A stretch of 64,000 bases of DNA from Syntrophales bacterium (GTDB lineage Bacteria; Desulfobacterota; Syntrophia; Syntrophales; UBA8958): NCBI GenBank assembly GCA_026416455.1, contig JAOAFE010000002.1, positions 24,212 through 88,211 of the forward strand, written 5' to 3'. This document shows positions 32,079-41,938 of this stretch, one piece after another. A program made the translations under genes and the position numbers. The first letter of the stretch is position 1; each line of letters begins with the position of its first letter. A model generated the notes under the pieces. It did not search any database. It saw only the letters and a list, made by a program, of their open reading frames with translations, and was not told the DNA's origin.

Positions 32079-32447
32079 ATGATTCAGATGCAAACGCAAC
32101 TTACTGTGGCGGATAACTCAGGTGCCAAGCGTGTGGCTTGCATCAAGGTACTGGGTGGTTCTAGAAGACGTTATGCCCGAGTGGGAGATGTGATCGTTGT
32201 TTCCGTCAAAGAGGCTTTGCCCAATTCCAAGGTAAAAAAAGGTGATGTGATGAAAGCGGTGGTAGTAAGAACGGTAAAGGAAATTCGGCGCAGCGATGGC
32301 ACCTATCTCAAATTTGATGATAATTCTGCTGTTCTCATCAACGACCAAATGGAGCCGGTGGGTACAAGAATATTTGGTCCAGTGGCCCGGGAGCTAAGGG
32401 CCAAGCAATTTATGAAAATTATCTCCCTGGCTCCAGAGGTGATTTAA
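32079..32447 (+). CDS. rplN: 50S ribosomal protein L14
   Basis: [28 protein letters not shown]. Confidence 0.97.
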   Translation: MIQMQTQLTVADNSGAKRVACIKVLGGSRRRYARVGDVIVVSVKEALPNSKVKKGDVMKAVVVRTVKEIRRSDGTYLKFDDNSAVLINDQMEPVGTRIFGPVARELRAKQFMKIISLAPEVI

Positions 32448-32472
32448 GGATCATTCAACGGGACGAAAGAAC

Positions 32473-32790
32473 ATGGATGAAATAAAACTGAAAAAAGGCG
32501 ACACGGTCAAGGTTATTGCCGGTAAAGAGAAGGGGAAAACGGGAAAGATAGTGAAAATTCTCCGGGATGAGGGTCGTGTGGTAGTAGAAAAACTCAACTT
32601 TGTGAAACGTCATAAGAGACCCGATGCCCGGGGAAAGGGCGGTATTATGGACAAAGAAGCCCCTCTTGATATATCGAATGTCGCTTATTTTTGCAGTCGA
32701 TGCAACCAAGGGGTTAAAATTGGATACACGTGGAACGATGAAAAAAAGAAGGTGCGCATTTGCAAAAAATGTAAGGAACAACTCGACTGA
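32473..32790 (+). CDS. rplX: 50S ribosomal protein L24 (with C-terminal CxxC...CxxC)
   Basis: KOW motif [21 protein letters not shown]. The C-terminus is [27 protein letters not shown]. Confidence 0.96.
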   Translation: MDEIKLKKGDTVKVIAGKEKGKTGKIVKILRDEGRVVVEKLNFVKRHKRPDARGKGGIMDKEAPLDISNVAYFCSRCNQGVKIGYTWNDEKKKVRICKKCKEQLD

Positions 32791-32801
32791 AGGATTTCAA
32801 G

Positions 32802-33341
32802 ATGGCAAGGTTAAAGGAGCTATATAAATCAGAAGTTGTGCCGGCGATGATAAAAAAGTTCGGCTACAAGAATCCCATGGAGGTACCGCGCCTCGAGAAG
32901 ATTGTCGTCAACATGGGCTTAGGAGAGGCGATTCAGAACCCAAAGGTTTTAGATTTCGCTTCTGAAGAGCTAGCTCTCATCGTGGGTCAGAAACCAGTCA
33001 TCACAAAGGCAAAAAAGTCCATCGCATCCTTCAAGTTGAGAAAGGGGATGTCCATAGGATGTTGCGTTACCCTGAGGCGGGAGAGGATGTATGAGTTCTT
33101 TGACCGTTTAGTCAACGTAAGTTTGCCCCGCATCCGAGATTTCCGGGGCGTATCTCCCCGATCGTTTGACGGTCGAGGGAATTTCGCCATGGGCATAAAA
33201 GAGCAAATTATCTTTCCGGAGATCAATTACGACAAAGTCGATAAACTACGGGGTATGAATATAGTCATTGTAACGACCGCCAAGACTGATGATGAAGCTC
33301 GGGAGTTGTTGCGGCTCTTAGGAATGCCGTTTAGAGCTTAA
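32802..33341 (+). CDS. rplE: 50S ribosomal protein L5
   Basis: [39 protein letters not shown]. Confidence 0.97.
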   Translation: MARLKELYKSEVVPAMIKKFGYKNPMEVPRLEKIVVNMGLGEAIQNPKVLDFASEELALIVGQKPVITKAKKSIASFKLRKGMSIGCCVTLRRERMYEFFDRLVNVSLPRIRDFRGVSPRSFDGRGNFAMGIKEQIIFPEINYDKVDKLRGMNIVIVTTAKTDDEARELLRLLGMPFRA

Positions 33342-33358
33342 GGAGGAGAGGACTTAAC

Positions 33359-33544
33359 GTGGCAAAAAAAGCATTGATGATAAAGGCAAATTCTAAGCCC
33401 AAGTTCGCGGTTCGAAAGTATAATCGCTGTCCCCTTTGTGGTCGTCCGAGGGCTTATTACCGGAAATTCAGAATGTGTCGTATTTGCTTAAGAACTCTTG
33501 CCTCCCGGGGTGAGTTACCGGGAGTTATAAAATCGAGCTGGTAG
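33359..33544 (+). CDS. rpsN: 30S ribosomal protein S14 type Z (Zn-ribbon form)
   Basis: 61 aa with a GTG start. [25 protein letters not shown]. Confidence 0.96.
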   Translation: MAKKALMIKANSKPKFAVRKYNRCPLCGRPRAYYRKFRMCRICLRTLASRGELPGVIKSSW

Positions 33545-33564
33545 GATTTGAGAGGTTCTATCTT

Positions 33565-33969
33565 ATGGGAATGACGGATACCATTGCAGACATGCTAACA
33601 AGGGTCAGAAACGCGGTGCGGGCTAATTTGAAGTCTGTCGATGTGATGCCATCGAAGATGAATGTGAGTATCGCCCGAATTTTAAAGCAAGAAGGTTTTA
33701 TAGAGAGCTACGAGATCAAAAAGGAAGGTAAGAGGGGGCACGAGATCCTGAGGATAAATTTGAGGTCCGATGTAGGCAAGAAGAAGGTCTTGTCCGGTTT
33801 ACAGAGGGTAAGCCGGCCGGGTTGCCGAATTTATATGAAGTGTGAAGAGTTGCCCTACGTCATGGGAGGGCTAGGAATTGCCATTTTATCAACGTCGAAA
33901 GGCGTTTTGACCGATCACGAAGCCCGCAAATTGAAGGTGGGTGGAGAGGTAATCTGTAAAGTTTGGTAA
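33565..33969 (+). CDS. rpsH: 30S ribosomal protein S8
   Basis: [17 protein letters not shown]. Confidence 0.97.
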   Translation: MGMTDTIADMLTRVRNAVRANLKSVDVMPSKMNVSIARILKQEGFIESYEIKKEGKRGHEILRINLRSDVGKKKVLSGLQRVSRPGCRIYMKCEELPYVMGGLGIAILSTSKGVLTDHEARKLKVGGEVICKVW

Positions 33970-33988
33970 GCAGAGGAGTCGATTGTTT

Positions 33989-34534
33989 ATGTCGAGAATT
34001 GGGAGAAAGCCCATACTATTGCCCCCGGGGGTGAAGGTGGAGAGAGAAGGGGAATGGATAAAAGTGGTCGGCCCTAAGGGCGAATTGAAAAAGAAGCTTC
34101 CACCCCTCGTAGATGTAGATCAAGCGGGCAATGTATTGACGGTGAGACGCTTGGTAGAAGACAGATTCGGGCGCTCCTACCATGGTTTGGCCAGAACACT
34201 GATTGGCAATATGGTAGAGGGTGTAACGAAAGGTTATGAAAAGGCTTTGGAAATATCAGGTGTTGGGTATAGGGCGGAGGTGGTAGGGAATACTGAGTTG
34301 AAACTCGTTCTAGGTTTCTCGACCCCTGTTACTTACCGGATTCCAGATGGGATTTCTATCAAAGTGGATAGGCAGGTGAACATAGCCGTCAGCGGCATAG
34401 ATAAGGAGTTGGTAGGTAGAGTGGCGGCTGAAATAAGGGCCCTGAAAAAGCCAGAGCCATATAAAGGAAAAGGCATTCGGTATGCCGGGGAAGTAGTAAG
34501 AAGAAAAGCGGGTAAATCCGTCGGGTCGAAATAA
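33989..34534 (+). CDS. rplF: 50S ribosomal protein L6
   Basis: MSRIGRKPILLPPGVKVE (ORF track start is 33983, two codons upstream). Confidence 0.96.
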   Translation: MSRIGRKPILLPPGVKVEREGEWIKVVGPKGELKKKLPPLVDVDQAGNVLTVRRLVEDRFGRSYHGLARTLIGNMVEGVTKGYEKALEISGVGYRAEVVGNTELKLVLGFSTPVTYRIPDGISIKVDRQVNIAVSGIDKELVGRVAAEIRALKKPEPYKGKGIRYAGEVVRRKAGKSVGSK

Positions 34535-34552
34535 AGCGATTGAGGTATAAAA

Positions 34553-34918
34553 TTGGCGACAAAGAAGGTTGAACGGATAAGAGAAAAAAGAAAGTTGCGC
34601 GTACGGAGTAAGATTAGGGGGACCGAGGTTAGGCCTCGTCTGTCAGTATTTCGGAGTGCGAAACACATATACGTCCAGGCAATCGCTGATGACATAGGGC
34701 GCACCATCGCCTCTGCCTCTTCTTTGAGTGCAGAACTAAGGGGCCATACGGCAGGGATGAAGAAAACGGAGGTAGCGAGAGAGGTAGGTAAGCTGATTTC
34801 TCAGAAGTTGCTGGCTGTTGGTGTGACGGAATGTGTTTTTGACCGAGGACGTTTTCTGTACCACGGGCGGGTCAAGGCACTCGCCGATGGGGCGAGAGAA
34901 GGTGGGTTGAAATTCTAA
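34553..34918 (+). CDS. rplR: 50S ribosomal protein L18
   Basis: TTG start. [18 protein letters not shown]-type motif, and [26 protein letters not shown]. Confidence 0.96.
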   Translation: MATKKVERIREKRKLRVRSKIRGTEVRPRLSVFRSAKHIYVQAIADDIGRTIASASSLSAELRGHTAGMKKTEVAREVGKLISQKLLAVGVTECVFDRGRFLYHGRVKALADGAREGGLKF

Positions 34919-34937
34919 AGGTACGGTGGGATCTTTT

Positions 34938-35441
34938 ATGATGAGGGATGAGAGGATAGAAGGTGAACTCATAGATCGGGTCATTGCCATTAAGAGAACG
35001 GCAAAAGTGGTTAAGGGAGGCAGAAGATTTCGCTTTAGCGCCATCGTTGTGGTGGGTGACGGAAATGGTTCAGTGGGAACGGGTTTAGGTAAAGCCCATG
35101 AGGTACCGGAGGCCATTCGGAAGGGCATGGAACAAGCAAAGAAGAACATGCAGAAGGTACCCATCATTAATGGCACCCTGCCTCATGAGGTCATAGGCAA
35201 ATTTGGTGCCGGCTCCGTGCTTTTGAAACCAGCCTCAGAAGGCACGGGCCTTATCGCCGGTGGTGCCGTTAGAGCGGTACTGGAGGCGGCTGGCGTACGT
35301 AATGTACTGACGAAGTGTTTAGGCTCTCATAACCCTCACAATTTAGTTAAGGCTACGATGAACGGTCTTTTGAGCCTTAAGGATCCAGAAGAATTTTCCG
35401 CTCTCCGCGGTGTACCGCTGGAAGTCAAACACTTTAAATAA
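34938..35441 (+). CDS. rpsE: 30S ribosomal protein S5
   Basis: [25 protein letters not shown]. The ORF track start is GTG 34926. ATG 34938 has better spacing from GGTGGGA, but the start remains uncertain. Confidence 0.95.
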   Translation: MMRDERIEGELIDRVIAIKRTAKVVKGGRRFRFSAIVVVGDGNGSVGTGLGKAHEVPEAIRKGMEQAKKNMQKVPIINGTLPHEVIGKFGAGSVLLKPASEGTGLIAGGAVRAVLEAAGVRNVLTKCLGSHNPHNLVKATMNGLLSLKDPEEFSALRGVPLEVKHFK

Positions 35442-35456
35442 GGGGGCCGGAAGGAA

Positions 35457-35645
35457 GTGGAAAGGAAACTTAGGATTACCCTCGTTAAGAGCTATATCGG
35501 GAGGCCCGAAAAGCATAGACGCATTTTGCGAGGAATGGGTCTTACAAGATTGAATCGCGCAGTGGTACTAAAAGACACCCCTCAGATCAGGGGGATGGTC
35601 AATAAGGTATGCCATTTGGTGAAAATGGAAGAGGTGAAGGAATAA
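35457..35645 (+). CDS. rpmD: 50S ribosomal protein L30
   Basis: 62 aa with a GTG start. LRITLVKSYIGRPEKHRRILRGMGL. Confidence 0.95.
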   Translation: MERKLRITLVKSYIGRPEKHRRILRGMGLTRLNRAVVLKDTPQIRGMVNKVCHLVKMEEVKE

Positions 35646-35648
35646 TCC

Positions 35649-36092
35649 ATGGATCTTGCCCATTTAAGAGCACCTAAAGGTGCCGTAAAAAAGAAGAAGC
35701 GTGTTGGTCGGGGAGACGGCTCCGGTCATGGTGGTACGTCATGTCGTGGACATAAGGGACAACGAGCACGGTCGGGAGGTAAGGTACCACCCCATTTTGA
35801 AGGTGGCCAGATGCCCATGGTCCGTAGGTTACCGAAAAAGGGGTTCCGGAATATCTTCCGTCAGGAGATGGCCATCGTTAATGTGGATCAGCTCAAAAAT
35901 TTCCCTGAGGGTAGTACTGTCGATGCAGCTGCCCTGCTGGAAAAGGGCCTGGTTAAGAAAGTAGGTTGCGGCATCAAGCTCTTGGGACGAGGGGAAATAG
36001 ATCGGCCCCTTACGATTAAGCTGCCGGCAGTAAGTTCCAATGCCAGAAAGAAAATCGAGGCAGCAGGTGGAACGGTGGTCGTAGGCAATTGA
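35649..36092 (+). CDS. rplO: 50S ribosomal protein L15
   Basis: RVGRGDGSGHGGTSCRGHKGQRARSG. Confidence 0.96.
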   Translation: MDLAHLRAPKGAVKKKKRVGRGDGSGHGGTSCRGHKGQRARSGGKVPPHFEGGQMPMVRRLPKKGFRNIFRQEMAIVNVDQLKNFPEGSTVDAAALLEKGLVKKVGCGIKLLGRGEIDRPLTIKLPAVSSNARKKIEAAGGTVVVGN

Positions 36093-36105
36093 AGGAGTAG
36101 GTAGA

Positions 36106-37413
36106 TTGCTAGAAGGATTTTCTAATATACCTAAAGTCCCGGAGCTACAGAAGAGAATCTTTTATTCTCTTGCCCTTTTGGTAGTGTATCGAATTGGAGC
36201 CCATGTGCCCACACCGGGTATTGATGCCACCGCCTTGGCGGCTTATTTCGATCAGGCAAAAGGTTCAATTCTCGGGCTCTTTGACATGTTCGCCGGGGGG
36301 GCGTTAAGCAATCTGTCCGTTTTTGCCCTCGGTATTATGCCTTATATCAGCGCATCAATTATTCTCCAACTCCTTACCATTGCCGTACCCCATTTGGAGA
36401 AACTCTCGAAGGAAGGAGAGGCTGGGAGAAAGAAAATAACCCAATATACCCGATACGGCACGGTAATCTTGAGTCTCATCCAGGGCTTTGGTATCGCAAT
36501 AGGATTGGAGAATATGGCCGGGCCCACTGGTGCGCCCATTGTAATTGAACCTGGATGGTCTTTCCGACTCATGACGATGATTACCTTGACGGCCGGTACG
36601 GCTTTTATCATGTGGCTGGGCGAACAGATGACGGAAAGAGGGATTGGGAACGGCATTTCTCTCATTATTTTCGCTGGTATTGTATGTAGAGCGCCGGAGG
36701 CAATCCTAAATACGTTCCGACTGTTATCCACCGGTGAGATGGGTATCTTCTTTATCGTTATTCTAATTATTCTCATGGTGGTAGTAGTCGGGGTAATTGT
36801 GTTCGTGGAAAGTGCCCAAAGGAGGATACCCGTCCAGTACGCGAAACGGGTAGTAGGCAGGCGCGTTTATGGGGGACAGTCAACCCATCTGCCGTTAAAA
36901 ATAAATACAGCTGGCGTTATCCCCCCCATTTTTGCCTCCTCTATTCTAATGTTCCCGGCAACCATTGCTAACTTTATTCCTCATCCGTGGATGAGTAAGT
37001 TGTCTCAAATGCTTCTGCCAGGGCGGTTCGTCTACGAGGTACTATATGTCGCCTTGATTTTCTTCTTCTGTTACTTTTATACGGCTGTTACGTTTAATCC
37101 CGTCGATGTGGCTGATAACATGAAAAAATACGGTGGCTATGTGCCAGGCATAAGGCCGGGGAAAAGGACGGCTGAGTACATAGATGATATTTTGACCAAG
37201 ATTACTTTTAGCGGTGCCATTTACGTATCGGCCATTTGTGTACTCCCGAGCATTCTTATAAGTTATTTTAACGTACCCTTCTATTTTGGCGGCACGGCGC
37301 TTCTTATTGTAGTGGGTGTAGCCCTAGATACGGCGGGACAGATAGAGACGCATCTGCTCGCCCGTCAGTATGAGGGGTTTATGAAGAAAGGCCGTCTTGC
37401 GCGGCGTCGTTAG
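36106..37413 (+). CDS. secY: preprotein translocase subunit SecY
   Basis: 435 aa with a TTG start and 10 TM segments. LFDMFAGGALSNLSVFALGIMPYISASII. Confidence 0.97.
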   Translation: MLEGFSNIPKVPELQKRIFYSLALLVVYRIGAHVPTPGIDATALAAYFDQAKGSILGLFDMFAGGALSNLSVFALGIMPYISASIILQLLTIAVPHLEKLSKEGEAGRKKITQYTRYGTVILSLIQGFGIAIGLENMAGPTGAPIVIEPGWSFRLMTMITLTAGTAFIMWLGEQMTERGIGNGISLIIFAGIVCRAPEAILNTFRLLSTGEMGIFFIVILIILMVVVVGVIVFVESAQRRIPVQYAKRVVGRRVYGGQSTHLPLKINTAGVIPPIFASSILMFPATIANFIPHPWMSKLSQMLLPGRFVYEVLYVALIFFFCYFYTAVTFNPVDVADNMKKYGGYVPGIRPGKRTAEYIDDILTKITFSGAIYVSAICVLPSILISYFNVPFYFGGTALLIVVGVALDTAGQIETHLLARQYEGFMKKGRLARRR

Positions 37414-37432
37414 GGTTGAATGTGTCCCGATA

Positions 37433-38185
37433 ATGGTTATTATCAGGAAGCCGGATGAGATTGAGAAAATAAGGGAGAGTAACTTAATTGTAGCGGAAAT
37501 ACTAAATGCCTTGAAGAAGGAGGTAAGAGTCGGGGTTACAACGAAGGAACTGGATGAATACTGTGAAGAGTTGACGCGCAAATGGGGGGCTAAGCCGGCA
37601 TTCAAAGGATACCGGGGTTATCCCTATGCCTTATGCACGTCGATCAACCATGAGGTTGTACACGGTATGCCGTCCCATCGCCGTCTCAAGGAGGGAGATA
37701 TTTTGAGTTTAGATTTTGGTGTATACTATAATGGATACTATGGCGATGCGGCGATCACGGTACCTGTAGGCGAGGTAAGTAAAGAGGCACGGAGGTTGAT
37801 AAAGGTAACGGAAGAGGCCCTTTATCGAGGAATTGAAGAAGCGAAAGCGGGTAATCGTTTGGGAGATATTTCGGCGGCTGTTCAGACACATGTAGAGAGC
37901 GCCGGTTTTTCGGTGGTGCGTGATTTTGTGGGACATGGTATAGGAAGTGAGTTACATGAAGACCCACAAATACCAAATTTCGGTACCCCGGGACGGGGGG
38001 TGTTGTTAAGGGAGGGTATGGTCTTAGCCATTGAACCGATGGTCAATGCGGGATCGTATCGGGTAAAGGTACTTGATGACGGATGGACGGTCGTAACGGA
38101 AGATGGGAGTCTATCAGCTCATTTTGAGCACTCCATAGCCATTACGCCGAACGGACCGGATATTTTGAGTTTAAAGAGGAAGTGA
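37433..38185 (+). CDS. map: type I methionine aminopeptidase
   Basis: MVIIRKPDEIEKIRESN matches MAP N-termini (ORF track start is 37397). Metal-site motifs DFGVYYNGYYGD, HGIG and EPMV are present. Confidence 0.93.
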   Translation: MVIIRKPDEIEKIRESNLIVAEILNALKKEVRVGVTTKELDEYCEELTRKWGAKPAFKGYRGYPYALCTSINHEVVHGMPSHRRLKEGDILSLDFGVYYNGYYGDAAITVPVGEVSKEARRLIKVTEEALYRGIEEAKAGNRLGDISAAVQTHVESAGFSVVRDFVGHGIGSELHEDPQIPNFGTPGRGVLLREGMVLAIEPMVNAGSYRVKVLDDGWTVVTEDGSLSAHFEHSIAITPNGPDILSLKRK

Positions 38186-38194
38186 AGGGGGTTT

Positions 38195-38413
38195 ATGCAA
38201 AAAGAGGAACCCATCGAAGTAGAAGGTAAGGTAATTGAGCCGTTACCGAATGCCATGTTCAGAGTAGAGCTGGACAATGGGCATCGTGTCTTGGCCCACA
38301 TATCGGGGAAGATGAGGATGCATTACATACGTATCCTACCCGGGGACAGGGTAACGGTCGAGCTATCGCCCTACGATTTGACGAGGGGCAGGATAGTTTA
38401 CCGCGCCAAGTGA
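38195..38413 (+). CDS. infA: translation initiation factor IF-1
   Basis: 72 aa. [35 protein letters not shown]. Confidence 0.97.
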   Translation: MQKEEPIEVEGKVIEPLPNAMFRVELDNGHRVLAHISGKMRMHYIRILPGDRVTVELSPYDLTRGRIVYRAK

Positions 38414-38432
38414 TTAAGAAAGGGTGAGGCAT

Positions 38433-38546
38433 ATGAAAGTAAGATCTTCCGTGAAGAAGATGTGCGACAAGTGTAAAATAATCAAGCGTAAGGGAGTCGT
38501 GCGCGTAATCTGCGAAAATCCAAAACACAAGCAGCGTCAAGGTTGA
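38433..38546 (+). CDS. rpmJ: 50S ribosomal protein L36 (Zn form)
   Basis: 37-aa ORF below the track cutoff: [37 protein letters not shown], with GGGTGAGG upstream. Confidence 0.93.
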   Translation: MKVRSSVKKMCDKCKIIKRKGVVRVICENPKHKQRQG

Positions 38547-38567
38547 TTAAGCGGGAGGAAGAGACAA

Positions 38568-38936
38568 GTGGCCAGAATTGCAGGAGTTGATTTACCGAAG
38601 AATAAGCGTATGGAGGTAGCCCTCACTTATATTTATGGTATCGGGCGATCCAAGGCGCGTGATATTTTACAAAAGGCGGGTGTAGATTTCGACAAAAAGA
38701 CGGATGCCTTGAACGATGCGGAAATTACGGCCATCAGGAATATTATTGACAAAGAGCACAAAGTTGAAGGGGATCTGAGGCGCGAAGTAGCCATGTCGAT
38801 CAAACGGTTGATAGACTTGGGTACGTACCGCGGATTGAGGCATAGAAGAGGTTTGCCCGTAAGAGGGCAACGTACCCGCACTAACGCCCGAACTCGAAAG
38901 GGGCCCCGCCGGGCCATCGGAGGAAGGAAAAAATAA
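38568..38936 (+). CDS. rpsM: 30S ribosomal protein S13
   Basis: GTG start. [25 protein letters not shown]. Confidence 0.97.
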   Translation: MARIAGVDLPKNKRMEVALTYIYGIGRSKARDILQKAGVDFDKKTDALNDAEITAIRNIIDKEHKVEGDLRREVAMSIKRLIDLGTYRGLRHRRGLPVRGQRTRTNARTRKGPRRAIGGRKK

Positions 38937-38955
38937 GTAATCGGACGGAGGTAAA

Positions 38956-39348
38956 ATGGCAAGGCCAGCCAGAAGAACTGGGAAGAAGAAAGAGAAAAAG
39001 AACGTTCCGGAGGGAATTATCCATATTCAGTCCACGTTCAATAATACTATTGTGACGATAACCGATTTAAGCGGCAATGTAATTGCTTGGTCATCCGCTG
39101 GTGTTCAGGGGTTCAAAGGCTCGCGAAAGAGTACTCCTTTTGCTGCGCAGCTAGCCATGGAAGATGCGGTTAAAAAGGCAAAAGAACATGGATTGCGTAG
39201 TGTCCAAGTCTTTGTGAAGGGGCCTGGTGCAGGTCGTGAATCGGCCTTGAGATCTCTCCAGGGCATGGGTCTAAATGTTACTTTGATCCGAGACGTCACC
39301 CCTATTCCCCATAACGGGTGCCGTCCTCCGAAGAGGAGAAGAGTATAA
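38956..39348 (+). CDS. rpsK: 30S ribosomal protein S11
   Basis: [30 protein letters not shown]. Confidence 0.97.
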   Translation: MARPARRTGKKKEKKNVPEGIIHIQSTFNNTIVTITDLSGNVIAWSSAGVQGFKGSRKSTPFAAQLAMEDAVKKAKEHGLRSVQVFVKGPGAGRESALRSLQGMGLNVTLIRDVTPIPHNGCRPPKRRRV

Positions 39349-39375
39349 GATCATTACGAATAAAGAGGAGGCAAT

Positions 39376-40002
39376 TTGGCTAGATACAGAGAATCAGTAT
39401 GTAAATTGTGCCGCAGGGAAGGGATAAAACTCTTTCTTAAAGGGGATAGATGTTACAGTGACAAATGCGCCTTCGAAAGAAGGGATTACGCTCCCGGCGA
39501 ACACGGCCATCGTCGACAGAAGTATACCGATTACGGGGTGCAGTTGAGGGAGAAACAGAAATTAAAAAGGATTTACGGTCTTCTTGAAAGGCAGTTTAGA
39601 GGATATTTTGCCCGCGCAGACAGGATGAGGGGAATTACAGGTACCAATTTACTGCTCCTTTTAGAAAGAAGACTCGATAATATGGTGTTTCGCCTGGGTT
39701 TTGCATCTTCGCGGAACGAGGCACGGCAGCTTGTTATGCACAATCATTTTACGGTGAATGGGAAAAAGGTAAACATTCCCTCCTACCTCGTAGAGGTGGG
39801 AGACGTAATAGAGGTACGTGAAAAGAGCCGGGAAATAGCGAGGATTAAAGAGGCGTTAGAGACGGTAGTAAGACGCGGAATCCCCTCCTGGTTAGAATTG
39901 GACAAGGAAAACTTTCGGGGCGTAGTAAAGGCCTTACCTGCCCGCGAGGACTTAACGATGCCAGTTCAGGAGCATTTGGTCGTAGAACTATATTCTAAAT
40001 GA
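39376..40002 (+). CDS. rpsD: 30S ribosomal protein S4 (Cys-rich N-terminus)
   Basis: TTG start. [35 protein letters not shown], plus the S4 domain [22 protein letters not shown]. Confidence 0.97.
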   Translation: MARYRESVCKLCRREGIKLFLKGDRCYSDKCAFERRDYAPGEHGHRRQKYTDYGVQLREKQKLKRIYGLLERQFRGYFARADRMRGITGTNLLLLLERRLDNMVFRLGFASSRNEARQLVMHNHFTVNGKKVNIPSYLVEVGDVIEVREKSREIARIKEALETVVRRGIPSWLELDKENFRGVVKALPAREDLTMPVQEHLVVELYSK

Positions 40003-40015
40003 TTAAATTGGAAGG

Positions 40016-41023
40016 ATGAAAATGATGCAAAAAAACTGGCAAACCTTGATCAAGCCGAAGAGAATAGAAATAGATGAATCGACCCATACCCCGTTCTATG
40101 GGGAATTTATCTGCCAGCCTTTAGAAAGAGGGGCGGGAATAACTTTGGGAAATGCTTTGAGACGCACTTTGCTTTCGTCAATTGCGGGAGCGGCTATTGT
40201 GTCCGTCCGTTTCGACGGAGTGTTGCATGAGTTTTCAACGATTCCGGGTGTGAAGGAAGATGTAACGGACATTATCCTCAATCTGAAAGGTGTACGTCTG
40301 AAGCTGAACCAAGGTGGCCCACGGGTGTTGCGACTCAATGTTTCCAGGGAAGGGGCCGTGACAGCCGGGGACTTGGAGCATGATGGGACAGTGGAGGTGA
40401 TGAATCCAGATCATCATCTGGCGACTCTTTCGGGCAATGCGGTTTTGAAGGCGGAACTGGTGGCCGATATAGGTCGGGGATACCGGCCGGCCAAAAAGGA
40501 AAAGGATCCCGATCAGCCAGAGGGGACAATCAACATCGATGCCATATTTTCTCCCATAAGAAAGGTAAATTATACGGTTTCTTACGCTCGGGTCGGACAG
40601 GTGGCCGATTACGACCGATTGGACCTGGAGGTATGGACGGACGGAAGCATTAGACCTGAAGATGCCGTTGCCTATGCGGCAAGAATTTTACAAGAACAGC
40701 TGTCCGTGTTTTTATCCTTCGGGCCAGCGATAGAAGAGGAGGAGGCAGCGAAAGAAGAAAAAGAAGAATTTGATCGTTCCATCTTTGAGAGACACGTAGA
40801 TGAGTTGGAGCTTTCAGTTCGTTCGGCTAATTGCTTAAAGAACGCAGGCATCAATTTGATCGGAGAATTGGTCCAAAAAACAGAAGCGGAAATGCTCAAG
40901 ACGAAGAACTTTGGTCGAAAATCCCTCAACGAGATAAAAGACATATTGGCGGAACACGGTCTGAGTTTTGGTATGAAACTCGATTTTCCACCCTGGAACC
41001 AGAAAGAAGAGAAAGAGGGATAA
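40016..41023 (+). CDS. rpoA: DNA-directed RNA polymerase subunit alpha
   Basis: 335 aa. [17 protein letters not shown] and a C-terminal domain with [23 protein letters not shown]. The start is ambiguous among ATGs at 40016, 40022 and 40025. Confidence 0.96.
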   Translation: MKMMQKNWQTLIKPKRIEIDESTHTPFYGEFICQPLERGAGITLGNALRRTLLSSIAGAAIVSVRFDGVLHEFSTIPGVKEDVTDIILNLKGVRLKLNQGGPRVLRLNVSREGAVTAGDLEHDGTVEVMNPDHHLATLSGNAVLKAELVADIGRGYRPAKKEKDPDQPEGTINIDAIFSPIRKVNYTVSYARVGQVADYDRLDLEVWTDGSIRPEDAVAYAARILQEQLSVFLSFGPAIEEEEAAKEEKEEFDRSIFERHVDELELSVRSANCLKNAGINLIGELVQKTEAEMLKTKNFGRKSLNEIKDILAEHGLSFGMKLDFPPWNQKEEKEG

Positions 41024-41044
41024 TTTTGGAGAGAGGTCGACGAT

Positions 41045-41458
41045 ATGCGGCACGCGAAAGCAGGATATAAACTAGGTAGGACTTCAAGCCATCGTAAGGC
41101 GATGTTCCGTAATATGATTACGTCTTTACTCGTGCACGAGAAAATAAAGACAACAGATATGAAGGCAAAGGAGTTAAAACGCTTAGCGGACAAAATGGTG
41201 ACCCTCGGAAAGAGGGGTGATCTCCATGCCAGAAGACAGGCCCTTGCCTTTGTTCGAAGCAAGGCCGCGGTTAAAAAACTCTTTGAAGAGATATCTCCCC
41301 GTTTTGCCAATCGAGCTGGAGGGTATACGAGGGTCATCAAACTGGGCTATCGGCATGGTGATAATGCCCCCCTCGCCTTGGTCGAGTTTGTGGTGGAAGG
41401 AGAAAAGAAGAAAGAGGGTAAGAAGAAAAAGGAAGGTCGGAAGTCGGAAGGGGTCTAA
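41045..41458 (+). CDS. rplQ: 50S ribosomal protein L17 (with Lys/Glu-rich C-terminal tail)
   Basis: [24 protein letters not shown]... The tail is [19 protein letters not shown]. Confidence 0.96.
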   Translation: MRHAKAGYKLGRTSSHRKAMFRNMITSLLVHEKIKTTDMKAKELKRLADKMVTLGKRGDLHARRQALAFVRSKAAVKKLFEEISPRFANRAGGYTRVIKLGYRHGDNAPLALVEFVVEGEKKKEGKKKKEGRKSEGV

Positions 41459-41480
41459 ATAGTGTTAAGAATTTTAAAAA

Positions 41481-41509
41481 GGCAGGCCCGGTGCCTGCCT
41501 TTTTATTTT
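41481..41509 (+). terminator. intrinsic terminator closing the alpha operon
   Basis: GGCAGGC (41481-41487) pairs with GCCTGCC (41493-41499) across loop CCGGT. It is flanked by an A-run upstream and TTTTTATTTT downstream. Confidence 0.75.
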
Positions 41510-41615
41510 CCCCTTGAGTTTTGCTGGAAAAGAGGCTACGAAAATTATAATAAAGCCAAGGGGAAAAGGACCAAACAACGTAACCTACAGATTTAAATTG
41601 ATAGGAGGTTATTCC

Positions 41616-41873
41616 ATGCCAGAAGAAAAAGTGGGAGAGGTCATAAAGTTTTTTGCGAAGCCGTCGGTCGCTGCAGTTAAGGTCGTAGCAGGGGAACTTC
41701 GTTTAGGCGATAAGATTAGGATTATAGGTCACACGACTGATCTATCGGAGACGATCGATTCGATGGAAGTAAATAATCAGAAAATTGAAAAGGCAGCAGT
41801 GGGGGATCTAATAGGTATCAAAGTATCCGATCGAGTGCGGCCGGGTGATGAAGTATTCAAGATTACGGATTAA
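41616..41873 (+). CDS. small EF-Tu domain-II-like beta-barrel protein (translation elongation factor-like domain only)
   Basis: 85 aa from the ATG preceded by TAGGAGG (ORF track 41514..41873 includes an unlikely 5' extension running into the terminator). LRLGDKIRIIGHTTD...IDSMEVNNQKIEKAAVGDLIGIKV...VRPGDEV fits the GTP_EFTU_D2 pattern. Confidence 0.6.
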   Translation: MPEEKVGEVIKFFAKPSVAAVKVVAGELRLGDKIRIIGHTTDLSETIDSMEVNNQKIEKAAVGDLIGIKVSDRVRPGDEVFKITD

Positions 41874-41896
41874 AAAGGTCTCTTTTTTTCATTGAG

Positions 41897-41925
41897 AGCC
41901 ATGGATAAATATTCCATGGCTTTTC
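41897..41925 (+). terminator. candidate intrinsic terminator
   Basis: AGCCATGG (41897-41904) pairs with CCATGGCT (41914-41921) across a 9-nt loop, followed by TTTC. Confidence 0.5.
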
Positions 41926-41938
41926 TGTCACTGCCACG

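Noticed and set aside
40672-41340. 222-aa minus-strand ORF across the rpoA end and rplQ
   Set aside because: It is antisense to two conserved genes. The Ser/Phe-rich composition is typical of the reverse frame of Lys/Glu-rich coding sequence.
41398-41458. DNA-level repeat AAGAAGAAAGAGGGTAAGAAGAAAAAGGAAGGT at the rplQ 3' end
   Set aside because: It simply encodes the Lys/Glu-rich C-terminal tail of L17 ([11 protein letters not shown]). This is low-complexity coding sequence, not an independent repeat element.
41514-41615. 5' extension of the small EF-Tu-domain ORF (TTG start at 41514)
   Set aside because: The extension begins a few nt after the rplQ terminator T-tract and lacks an RBS, whereas the internal ATG at 41616 has TAGGAGG at ideal spacing.
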